From positions 1-50,423 of the IMG/VR virus record IMGVR_UViG_3300035676_000592: a stretch of 50,423 bases of DNA; one strand, given 5' to 3'. This document shows, piece by piece, positions 9,097 to 17,773 of the stretch. Position 1 is the stretch's first letter; each line of letters opens with the position of its first letter. Made by a program: the position numbers and the translations under genes. This DNA is from a virus. Its lineage: Duplodnaviria; Caudoviricetes. Below the pieces are notes generated by a model. That model worked only from the letters and a program-made list of their open reading frames with translations. It ran no database searches and was not told where the DNA came from.

Positions 9097-10944
9097 ATGG
9101 CAGATAAAAATTTAACGGTTTGGCAAAGATTAACCAAAACCTTTGGCCCTAATTCTCTTCTTGACCAAGATTATCCTACTTTCACATTTGATAAAAAAGA
9201 ACTGTTAAGGACAGATAACAAACAGGATTACGAAAGAGAAAAATTACAGGCCCAACAAACATATTTTTTAGCATCACAATGGGCTAAAGTAGAAAATAAT
9301 TTATATTCCCAAGCAATTTATTATGAGCCGTCGAGATTATCGGCGCAATATGACTATGAATCGATGGAATATACTCCGGAAATATCGGCAGCATTGGACA
9401 TTTATGCCGAGGAATCGACAACAACAAATGAGGACGGATTCATATTACAGATTTATTCAGAGTCAAAGAGAATAAAATCAGTATTGGCGGATTTATTTAA
9501 TAATGCTCTGGATATAAACACAAACCTACCAATGTGGACAAGAAACACATGTAAGTTTGGTGACAACTTTGTCTATCTAAAATTGGACCCTGAAAAAGGA
9601 ATTGTCGGATGTCAACAATTACCGACAATTGAAATTGAACGTCATGAGGTTGGAGTTGCCAATAGGATATCTGTAGATATCACTAAAGAATTAGACCAAG
9701 ATAAAAAAGGACTTCATTTTACTTGGAAAAACAAGAATATGGAATTCCAATCTTGGGAAATAGCACATTTCCGATTATTGGGTGATGATAGAAAATTACC
9801 ATACGGAACATCAATGCTTGAAAAAGCAAGAAGAATTTGGAAACAACTTCTGTTATCTGAAGATGCGATGTTAATATATAGAACTTCAAGAGCACCTGAA
9901 AGAAGAATTTTCAAAGTATTTGTTGGTAATATGAATGATGATGATGTTGAGGCATATGTACAACGTGTTGCCAACAAGTTCAAAAGAGAACAAATTGTTG
10001 ATAGTAAAACAGGTAATGTTGATATGAGGTTTAACCAAATGGCGGTTGACCAAGATTTCTTTATTCCTGTTAGGGATCCAGCCGCTCCATCACCAATTGA
10101 CACTTTACCAGGGGCACAAAATCTTTCTGAAATCGCAGATATTGAATACATTCAGAAAAAAATGTTGACCGCTCTCCGAGTTCCTAAAGCGTTTTTAGGG
10201 TTTGAAGAAGTTGTCGGAGATGGAAAAAATCTCGCACTTCAAGATATACGATTTGCAAGAACGATAAATCGTATCCAAAAAAGTATGATTGCGGAATTAA
10301 ATAAAATTGCAATCATTCATTTGTTCTTATTAGGATTTGAGGACGAACTTTCTAATTTCACATTAGGCCTTACAAATCCTTCTACACAAGCGGACTTACT
10401 AAAAGTTGATATTTGGAAAGAAAAAGTTTTACTTTATAAAGATTTAGTTTCAGATCCAGGTAATGGTATTCAGGCGACTTCATCTACTTGGGCTAAAAAG
10501 CACATTTTCGGATGGTCTGACGAAGAAGTTAAACTTGATTTACAACAACAAAGAATTGAAAGAGCCGTTGGTGAAGAATTGAAGGCAACTGCCACAGTTA
10601 TAACCAAAACAGGTATATTCGATAATTTGGATAAATTATATGGTTCCACATCTGGCTCTACAGCACCGGCCGGAGGGGCAGAAGCACCACCTGAAGAGGG
10701 TGGTTTTGGAGGATTAGAGTTAGGAGGTGGTGCACCTCCACCGCCACCACCTGCACCTGGAGGAGAAGAGGCACCACCACCCCCACCGGGAGAAGGTGGT
10801 TTAACTCCCGAATCGAAAAATATGAGTTTAAATATATTACTAGAAAGTGATATAATTAAAGGAAATACGAATCTTGATTTAGGTATAGGACAAAAATCTT
10901 TAGGAGAAATTACCAAACAACTGAACAAGTTGTTAAATTCATAA
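9097..10944 (+). CDS. Portal protein (T4 gp20-like)
   Basis: PYGTSMLEKARRIWKQL.L.EDAMLIYRTSRAPERRIF and IDTLPGAQNL..I.DIEY motifs; Pro/Gly-rich tail. Confidence 0.93.
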   Translation: MADKNLTVWQRLTKTFGPNSLLDQDYPTFTFDKKELLRTDNKQDYEREKLQAQQTYFLASQWAKVENNLYSQAIYYEPSRLSAQYDYESMEYTPEISAALDIYAEESTTTNEDGFILQIYSESKRIKSVLADLFNNALDINTNLPMWTRNTCKFGDNFVYLKLDPEKGIVGCQQLPTIEIERHEVGVANRISVDITKELDQDKKGLHFTWKNKNMEFQSWEIAHFRLLGDDRKLPYGTSMLEKARRIWKQLLLSEDAMLIYRTSRAPERRIFKVFVGNMNDDDVEAYVQRVANKFKREQIVDSKTGNVDMRFNQMAVDQDFFIPVRDPAAPSPIDTLPGAQNLSEIADIEYIQKKMLTALRVPKAFLGFEEVVGDGKNLALQDIRFARTINRIQKSMIAELNKIAIIHLFLLGFEDELSNFTLGLTNPSTQADLLKVDIWKEKVLLYKDLVSDPGNGIQATSSTWAKKHIFGWSDEEVKLDLQQQRIERAVGEELKATATVITKTGIFDNLDKLYGSTSGSTAPAGGAEAPPEEGGFGGLELGGGAPPPPPPAPGGEEAPPPPPGEGGLTPESKNMSLNILLESDIIKGNTNLDLGIGQKSLGEITKQLNKLLNS

Positions 10945-10966
10945 TATTTATAAAAAAAATGTGAGC

Positions 10967-11665
10967 ATGACCTTTGGACAAATTAAAACCAGTATAGAAA
11001 ATAATCTTTTGGAATCATATAAGAATGACTCTGATTTCAAAAAAATTTTAAGGGAATTCAAATCGAATATCTTGAATGATAAAACTATGTCAAAATTATA
11101 TTCGTTGTATGACCAACTAAGCACTCCTCAAAATTTAACAGAACAAGAGGCTAAAGATTTTTTAAATGAAGGTATTAATTTGATTCAATCAATCATACCT
11201 AAAATTAGAGAAACAAGGTCACTCAACGAGGATTTGGACAATAATTACAAAGATATTGATACTTTGGTTTACCCGAACAATATTAATATTGCTGAAAGAG
11301 TATCAAGTAGAAAAAATATTATATCTGTTTTAACAACTAAAAAAGAACAAGTTCAAGAATCTATCAACATTCCTTTGACTTCAATGGTTAAAGTTGCCAA
11401 TCAGACATTGAATAGTTATTTGGAAACTTTGGATGAATCTTCCAAGAAAGAATTAATAAAAGTTATATCTGAAGATTCTGAAAAATTAAAGGTTAAGTTT
11501 GATGTTTTGAAAGAAATGACCCTTGAAAAGTTAACCAAAATCAAAGAACAGGATATTGATACAGATACCAAAAACAAAGTTTTGGAGACTATTAATAAAA
11601 TAGAACTCGAAGAATTCAATCAATTAAATTATATTAAGTTGAAAAACTTAGAAAAATCAATTTGA
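10967..11665 (+). CDS. Hypothetical helical protein of the head module
   Basis: ORF between portal and protease; ATG at 10967 preferred over GTG at 10961; many LxE motifs. Confidence 0.7.
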   Translation: MTFGQIKTSIENNLLESYKNDSDFKKILREFKSNILNDKTMSKLYSLYDQLSTPQNLTEQEAKDFLNEGINLIQSIIPKIRETRSLNEDLDNNYKDIDTLVYPNNINIAERVSSRKNIISVLTTKKEQVQESINIPLTSMVKVANQTLNSYLETLDESSKKELIKVISEDSEKLKVKFDVLKEMTLEKLTKIKEQDIDTDTKNKVLETINKIELEEFNQLNYIKLKNLEKSI

Positions 11666-11845
11666 TTGTTTCTTTTTTTGTGTGTAAATTGCTTTGAGTA
11701 TTTGATTCCTTCTCTTGACGGATTTTTTCACATACTCTTTTTTTTCAACTAACTTTTGAGTTTGTTTAGTTTTAATAACTTTGGATTTCAGAGTCTTTAA
11801 TGCTCTATCCAAATTTTCCCCATTTTTTACTTCTACTATTATCAT
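11657..11845 (-). CDS. rpsU: Phage-encoded ribosomal protein bS21
   Basis: MIIVEVKNGENLDRALKTLKSK...KEYVKKSVKRR..ILKAIYTQ matches the bS21 pattern; 62 aa from ATG at 11845. Confidence 0.88.
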   Translation of the reverse strand: MIIVEVKNGENLDRALKTLKSKVIKTKQTQKLVEKKEYVKKSVKRRNQILKAIYTQKKKQSN

Positions 11846-11877
11846 ATAATACAAATATATCGAAATTGATTAAAATT

Positions 11878-11906
11878 TTGACTTATGTGATTTTTTTTAT
11901 TAATTT
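11878..11906 (+). promoter_or_regulatory. Sigma70-like promoter TTGACT-N17-TAATTT
   Basis: Intergenic, upstream of the ORF at 11941; shares the TTGACTTA core with 41701..41729. Confidence 0.4.
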
Positions 11907-11940
11907 TATTTAAAAATAAACAATTTTTCAATGAAAGTTA

Positions 11941-12393
11941 ATGAAGAAGGGGAAAAGTGTAAAGTTGAACTTATATAGTTCAATTAAATCAACGTATGGG
12001 ACAGTTGATTCAAAAGATTTAAAATCAATCTTTATAAATATACAATCATGGGTCACACCAAAAACAGAACAAGAAAATTGGAAAAGGATTGTTAGTTGTT
12101 TGTGTAGAGATATAAAGTGCTGTGTTAATGAATCAATAAATCAAGAAATTTTCAAGGAACAAACAATTGTTGATTTAGATTTAAGAACGAGTGGAATTTG
12201 TTTAGGAAAAAAATCTTTTTTTAATTTAGAAATCAACCTCTATTTGGAAAACAAAGTCGATTTTAAAAATCACGAGGTAAAAGAAACCATAAAAAAAATT
12301 ATCAAAAACATTTATAAATCCCACATTATCTCCAACAAACATTTTGAATTTTCACCATCAAAAAAGGAGTTAGATAATAATCTTTCAATTTAA
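11941..12393 (+). CDS. Hypothetical protein
   Basis: 150-aa ORF divergent from bS21. Confidence 0.75.
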   Translation: MKKGKSVKLNLYSSIKSTYGTVDSKDLKSIFINIQSWVTPKTEQENWKRIVSCLCRDIKCCVNESINQEIFKEQTIVDLDLRTSGICLGKKSFFNLEINLYLENKVDFKNHEVKETIKKIIKNIYKSHIISNKHFEFSPSKKELDNNLSI

Positions 12394-12417
12394 TATATAT
12401 TTATTTGAAAAGATTAA

Positions 12418-13137
12418 ATGAAAAAGTTAAGAATATTAGAAGCAAACGAAGTCGGTCACGGTATCCTTATAGAAGAGGATGCAGGTTGGATTTCTCCTAA
12501 TGATGAAATGAATTCAGTTTTTATAAAAGAATCTAAAAATTTAGATTATAGAAATCCATTTGAGTTTTATGCCGTATTACAAAAATACAACACACCAAAC
12601 CGTAATGGTAGATTCTATCCTGAAAGGATATTAAAAAGAGAAGCCGAGAATTATAAAAAGATAATCTCTAAAGGTCTCGCAACCTCTGAATTAAATCACC
12701 CTGAATCATCCTTAATTGACCTAGATAGAGTATCTCACATCATTACCGATATATGGTGGGATAAAAATATTTTAATGGGAAAGTTAAAATTATTAACTTC
12801 ACCAGGTTTTCATGAAAGAGGTATCGTTTCAACCAAAGGTGACCAAGCAGCCAATTTATTACGTCAAGGTGTTACATTGGGTATCTCGTCAAGAGGTGTT
12901 GGTTCTCTGAAAAAAGTAGGTGAAAGAAATGAAGTTCAGGATGATTTTGAACTTATCTGTTTTGACTTAGTATCATCTCCATCAACACCAGGCGCTTACC
13001 TATTTAATGATGTTAATGAAAGAGATAAATACGAAGAAAATCTAGAGGAAGAAAAAAAGGTTAAACAACAATTTGAATATACTGAAAACAAATCGCTTGA
13101 TTTAATGAAAAAATTAAACGATTTTTTAGGAAAATAA
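12418..13137 (+). CDS. Prohead core protease (T4 gp21-like)
   Basis: NRNGRFYP, ELNHP, GISSRGVGS and FDLVSSPSTPGAYL motifs. Confidence 0.93.
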   Translation: MKKLRILEANEVGHGILIEEDAGWISPNDEMNSVFIKESKNLDYRNPFEFYAVLQKYNTPNRNGRFYPERILKREAENYKKIISKGLATSELNHPESSLIDLDRVSHIITDIWWDKNILMGKLKLLTSPGFHERGIVSTKGDQAANLLRQGVTLGISSRGVGSLKKVGERNEVQDDFELICFDLVSSPSTPGAYLFNDVNERDKYEENLEEEKKVKQQFEYTENKSLDLMKKLNDFLGK

Positions 13138-13144
13138 TTTTAAA

Positions 13145-13363
13145 ATGGATATGGACGAAAAGTATTTTGTTGCAAAAGTAACTTATGACCTTCCTGATGA
13201 TAATACAGGAAAAATCAAAAAAATTAGAGAAGAAAAACTTGTGCGGGGATTTTCAGTTACTGATGTCGAAGCCAAAGTAACTTCAAGGTACAAAGATTTT
13301 GTGCATGATTGGAGAATAACTTCGGTGTCGGAAAGTAAAATTGATGAGGTTTTCGAAAAGTAA
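13145..13363 (+). CDS. DUF4494-like small protein
   Basis: YFVAKVTY...GKIKKIREEKLV...SVTDVEAKV resembles Bacteroidota DUF4494 proteins (recalled, not searched). Confidence 0.55.
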   Translation: MDMDEKYFVAKVTYDLPDDNTGKIKKIREEKLVRGFSVTDVEAKVTSRYKDFVHDWRITSVSESKIDEVFEK

Positions 13364-13369
13364 TTTTAT

Positions 13370-13399
13370 AAAAAGTGGTCAAATTTGACCACTTTTTTT
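13370..13399. terminator. Intrinsic terminator, perfect palindrome, potentially bidirectional
   Basis: AAAAAGTGGTCAAA/TTTGACCACTTTTT directly after the stop at 13363. Confidence 0.8.
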
Positions 13400-13433
13400 G
13401 TTTATAGTAATATTTATTTGTAAACAAACTATT

Positions 13434-13461
13434 ATCCGTATTATATTATACGGATTTTTTT
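13434..13461 (+). terminator. Second hairpin with T-tract
   Basis: ATCCGTAT-tatatt-ATACGGAT followed by a T run. Confidence 0.55.
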
Positions 13462-13502
13462 GTTTTTTCTTGATATTTATAAATTAAATAAAACAAAAGT
13501 TA

Positions 13503-14960
13503 ATGCAAGAAAAAAACAATTTAGTTGAAGAGGCACTTATTCAAATGAGAAATGTTGAACAAGCAATTGCCGAAAATGCAAAAGGAATACTTCAATCTAC
13601 AATGAAAGAAGAAATCTCACAACTAGTAAAAGAATCCTTGTCTGAACAAGACGACGAAGAAATGGATTTTGATTCTGAAACCGATATGGACGATTCAGAC
13701 CAATCAGATTCTGAAGATTTTGATTCTATGGAATTTGATATGGAAGATGAAGAACCTATCGACTTAACCGATGCATCTGACGAAGAAATTCTGAAAGTTT
13801 TCAAATCTATGGGAGACGAAGACGGAATAATCGTTAAAAAGGATGGTGAAGACATTCATTTAAAAGATCAAGATGATGAATATATTATCAAACTTGATGA
13901 GTCTTACGTAGATGATGATGACAATGAAGAATTGGATGAGGATGCAAAAGTTGATAAAATAATCGACGATATTTTTTCCGAAAAATATTCTCACATGGAC
14001 GAAGAAATGGATGAAGAAATGGATGAAGTTGTTTATGAAATTGAATTCGATGACGAAGAAGAAGATTTCGAGTTTGATGATGAAGACGACGACGACGACG
14101 AGGAAGAAGACTTCGATTTCGACTTCAATGATGAAGATGAAGACGAGGAAGAAGATTTCGAATTCGATGATGAAGATGAAGACGAGGAAGAAGAGTACGA
14201 AGGTTATGTTGAAGAGTCATATAATCCAAAAAAAGCGAAAAAAGGAGAACATAAAGAATCAAAGACAACTATCAAACCAAAAGGTTTGGGAATTGGAAAA
14301 CCAAAGTTCTCTTATAAAAAGACAAGTGGAGGATTCAACGAAGACAAACCCGAAGCGTTTAAAGGTAAAACTAAAGCGATGGGTGTAGGAAATCCAAAGA
14401 AAGATGTTTTCCCTAAAGGTGAAAACACTGATGGTAAAGGTAAAGTTGTGAAAAAATCAGAGACTAAAGAAGCCGCAAGAACATTAGGAATGGGTAAAGA
14501 TTTCAGAGAAGGAGGTCTTCCTAAACCAAGAAGTCATTCCAAATTTAACGCTAATATTAAGGAATCTTTAGAAACTGAAGTTAACGTTCTTAGAGAAAAA
14601 AATGAGGAATATAGAAAAGCTCTGAATGTGTTCAGAGAGAAACTCAATGAAGTTGCTGTATTCAATTCTAACTTGGCATACGCTACTCGAATTTTTACAG
14701 AACATTCAACGACAAAAAAAGAAAAATTGAATATTCTTAGAAGATTTGACAACGTTGAAACATTAAAGGAAAGTAAAAACCTTTATAGGTCAATTAAAGA
14801 TGAATTGAATAAAACAGAACCTAAATCAATCACAGAATCTGTTGAGACTAAAATTAATAAAAGCGTAAGTACTGGGTCATCAACAAATTTGATTGAATCT
14901 AAAACTTATGAAAATCCTCAATTTTTAAGAATGAAGGATTTAATGAGTAAAATTTCCTAA
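13503..14960 (+). CDS. Prohead scaffold/core protein (gp22-like position)
   Basis: Lies between protease and MCP; very acidic centre, coiled-coil C-terminus, many LxE sites. Confidence 0.8.
   Translation: MQEKNNLVEEALIQMRNVEQAIAENAKGILQSTMKEEISQLVKESLSEQDDEEMDFDSETDMDDSDQSDSEDFDSMEFDMEDEEPIDLTDASDEEILKVFKSMGDEDGIIVKKDGEDIHLKDQDDEYIIKLDESYVDDDDNEELDEDAKVDKIIDDIFSEKYSHMDEEMDEEMDEVVYEIEFDDEEEDFEFDDEDDDDDEEEDFDFDFNDEDEDEEEDFEFDDEDEDEEEEYEGYVEESYNPKKAKKGEHKESKTTIKPKGLGIGKPKFSYKKTSGGFNEDKPEAFKGKTKAMGVGNPKKDVFPKGENTDGKGKVVKKSETKEAARTLGMGKDFREGGLPKPRSHSKFNANIKESLETEVNVLREKNEEYRKALNVFREKLNEVAVFNSNLAYATRIFTEHSTTKKEKLNILRRFDNVETLKESKNLYRSIKDELNKTEPKSITESVETKINKSVSTGSSTNLIESKTYENPQFLRMKDLMSKIS
14043..14193 (+). 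repeat. Degenerate tandem repeat encoding (D/E)F(D/E)FDDEDEDEEE
   Basis: Repeated gatgaagatgaagacgaggaagaaga units inside the scaffold gene. Confidence 0.8.
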
Positions 14961-14990
14961 AAATAAACTAATAAATTTTAAATTAAAAAA

Positions 14991-16811
14991 ATGGGAGCAT
15001 TATTAGAATCAGGTCTCGTTGGTAATATAGGATTAAAACACCTTAAAGTTATCAAAGAAGACACAATTAACAAGTGGGACAAATTAGGTTTCCTTGAAGG
15101 TCTTAAAGGCCATATGAGAGAAAATGTTGCGCAGTTGTATGAAAACCAAGCATCATATTTGATAAACGAAGCAGCATCAACTTCTGATACAGGTTCTTTC
15201 GAAACTGTTGTATTTCCAATTGTTAGAAGAGTATTCTCAAAACTTTTGGCAAATGACATCGTTTCAGTTCAAGCTATGAACTTACCTATCGGTAAATTAT
15301 TCTACTTTGTACCTAATATTCAGAATTATACTGACGCAAGTACAGCATCAAATGGTATTCATTACCCACCTTATGGTGCACCTGGTGGACCATCTAGTCC
15401 AAATGATGGTTATAATTATAATCAAGGTAGAGACCTTTATGATAGATTCTATGAAGGTAATGAACCAGCATTAGACCCTCCAGGTCTTTTCGATTACTCA
15501 AAAGGTGAGTTTTCTGCAATCACAGGTACTGCGGTAACTGCGGTTTGGGATAATACTACTTTGAATTTAGTAACATCAGGATATACCGCCGGTGATGGAC
15601 CTGATGGAGGTTCGTATAGAAAAGTTTTGATTATTATGTCAGGTTTTGGATCTGATGGTGCAGGTAAATTAATTGGTCCTGATGGTAATCCAATGGATAC
15701 TGAATCATTCTTATCAGATTTGACAATCTATGGTAATACCGACAACTTAAATGTTGCAAGTTTGGGAAGCGGTCCATTCTTATTCAGAGTTGTAACTCAA
15801 AGATATGGTAAGGGTATTGTTCAATATGGTAGTGTAAATGACACTTCAGTATTCCCTAATGATAGAACTGATGGAGGTCAGTGGGATAATATTTGTACAG
15901 CAAATGGTCAAATCTACTTAGAAGTTGACCTTTCAACACCCACATGTATTAGCTGTGGTGGTTCAATCGATGGTTATACAGGTGTAACGTTCTCATCAAA
16001 TACTGATAATAACAATGCGTTTATCCCTGTTTACAGATTATACAAAAACTTGGAATTTGAAGACAGAATTGGTGAAGTTTCTTTTGACCTTATGTCTGTT
16101 ACAGTTTCAGTTACTGAAAGAAAGTTAAGAGCTCAATGGTCACCTGAAATGGCACAAGACGTTGCGGCTTTCCACAATATCGACGCAGAGGCAGAACTTA
16201 CAGCTTTATTGTCTGAACAAGTTGCGGCTGAAATCGATAGAGAGATTTTGAGAGACCTTAGAAAAGGAGCGGCTTGGAATCTTAGATGGGATTACAATGG
16301 TTGGAAGAGATTAGGTTCAAATGCAGTTCCTTACACTCAAAAAGACTGGAACCAAACGTTGATTACTGCAATCAACCAAATTTCAGCTCAGATTCACAAA
16401 TCTACTTTGAGAGGAGGTGCTAACTGGATCGTTGTTTCTTCAGAAATTAGTGCAATTTTTGATGATTTGGAATACTTCCACGTATCAAATGCTGCTCCTG
16501 AACAAGACCAGTACAATATGGGTATTGAAAGAGTAGGTACTTTGGCAGGTAGATATCAAGTATATAGAGACCCTTATTTCCCACCTAACCAAGTGTTGTT
16601 GGGTCACAAAGGAACATCATTACTTGACACAGGTTATATTTACGCACCATACGTTCCATTACAACTTACACCTACAATGTATAACCCATTCAACTTTACA
16701 CCAATCAAAGGTATCATGACAAGATACGCGAAAAAAATGGTAAACAACCGCTTTTATGGCCGCATTACCGTTGATGGTGTTAGAACATTTGATTTAAGAG
16801 AATTGAGATAA
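14991..16811 (+). CDS. Major capsid protein (T4 gp23-like)
   Basis: VSVQAMNLPIGKLFY, RKLRAQWSPEMAQDV.A.H.IDAEAEL..LLSEQVAAEIDREIL, YAPYVPL and GIMTRY motifs. Confidence 0.96.
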   Translation: MGALLESGLVGNIGLKHLKVIKEDTINKWDKLGFLEGLKGHMRENVAQLYENQASYLINEAASTSDTGSFETVVFPIVRRVFSKLLANDIVSVQAMNLPIGKLFYFVPNIQNYTDASTASNGIHYPPYGAPGGPSSPNDGYNYNQGRDLYDRFYEGNEPALDPPGLFDYSKGEFSAITGTAVTAVWDNTTLNLVTSGYTAGDGPDGGSYRKVLIIMSGFGSDGAGKLIGPDGNPMDTESFLSDLTIYGNTDNLNVASLGSGPFLFRVVTQRYGKGIVQYGSVNDTSVFPNDRTDGGQWDNICTANGQIYLEVDLSTPTCISCGGSIDGYTGVTFSSNTDNNNAFIPVYRLYKNLEFEDRIGEVSFDLMSVTVSVTERKLRAQWSPEMAQDVAAFHNIDAEAELTALLSEQVAAEIDREILRDLRKGAAWNLRWDYNGWKRLGSNAVPYTQKDWNQTLITAINQISAQIHKSTLRGGANWIVVSSEISAIFDDLEYFHVSNAAPEQDQYNMGIERVGTLAGRYQVYRDPYFPPNQVLLGHKGTSLLDTGYIYAPYVPLQLTPTMYNPFNFTPIKGIMTRYAKKMVNNRFYGRITVDGVRTFDLRELR

Positions 16812-16833
16812 TCAATTTCTTTTTAAATAAACT

Positions 16834-16863
16834 AAAAGGGACAAGAAATTGTCCCTTTTTTTT
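16834..16863 (+). terminator. Rho-independent terminator after MCP
   Basis: AAAAGGGACAA-gaaa-TTGTCCCTTTTTTTT. Confidence 0.9.
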
Positions 16864-16915
16864 ATTTATTTAAGTAATAATAGTTTTTTTGGTTAAAAGG
16901 TTTATATTTATAAAT

Positions 16916-17599
16916 ATGAAAAAATATATTCCATCACAAGAAGAAATTGAGATTATTCTTAAAATGTATAATGAAGATTTACTTGGGTGTCAGTTAATTT
17001 CAGAAAAAATAGGTCTAAATAAACAACAGGTATTAAGAATTCTTAAAGAAAATGGTGTTATTTTAGGTCCTTCAGGTAGAAGGTTTACTGGAGGTAAAAA
17101 AGTTGCGGATAAAAAATATCGTGAAAAAAATAAAGAAAAATTAAGTAATAATCATAAAAAATGGTATATAGAAAATAAAGAAAAATGGAACCAATACATT
17201 ACTGAATACCGAGAAAAAAATATTGACAAAATCAGAGAGGGAAAAAGAAATTATGAGAAAACACGAAAAAATAATGACCCACTTTATAAACTAATAAATA
17301 ATTTCAGAACTGCGATATATCAAGTATTAAAAGAAAACAATGTTCAAAAAAACGGTCATTATTTTGAGATTCTTAAATACTCACCAAACGATTTAATTGA
17401 CCATTTAGAAAGACAATTTACTGATGGTATGACATGGGAAAATTATGGGAAATGGCATGTTGACCATATTCAACCAATTTCATCGTTCAATATTAAAGAA
17501 ATTGGTGATGAAGAATTTATAAAATGTTGGTCTCTAAAAAATTTACAACCATTGTGGGGTGAGGACAATATTCGTAAATCTAATAAGATTATAAATTAA
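16916..17599 (+). CDS. Free-standing HNH homing endonuclease
   Basis: WENYGKWHVDHIQPISSF...NLQPLWGEDNIRKSNK, N-terminal helical/HTH-like and basic region; ATG at 16916. Confidence 0.85.
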   Translation: MKKYIPSQEEIEIILKMYNEDLLGCQLISEKIGLNKQQVLRILKENGVILGPSGRRFTGGKKVADKKYREKNKEKLSNNHKKWYIENKEKWNQYITEYREKNIDKIREGKRNYEKTRKNNDPLYKLINNFRTAIYQVLKENNVQKNGHYFEILKYSPNDLIDHLERQFTDGMTWENYGKWHVDHIQPISSFNIKEIGDEEFIKCWSLKNLQPLWGEDNIRKSNKIIN

Positions 17600-17773
17600 T
17601 TCTATTATTATATTGGAAAAATGGGTAGGACGTTGTATCTGAATCGTTCCTTCCTACCCCGCCCTATTTAGTGTAATTAATTTATTTGTATCTAAATCGT
17701 TTCCATCAATTACATTTAAATCGTAAAAGTTATGACTATTATATTTTAATAAATATTTATAAAAAAAATAGAT

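Noticed and set aside
14011-14388. Alternative-frame Met/Lys/Thr-rich ORF
   Set aside because: It is a shadow of the GAT/GAA repeat in the scaffold gene.
7300-16811. Introns or inteins in terminase, portal or MCP
   Set aside because: The ORFs are continuous, of expected size, and show no intein splice motifs.
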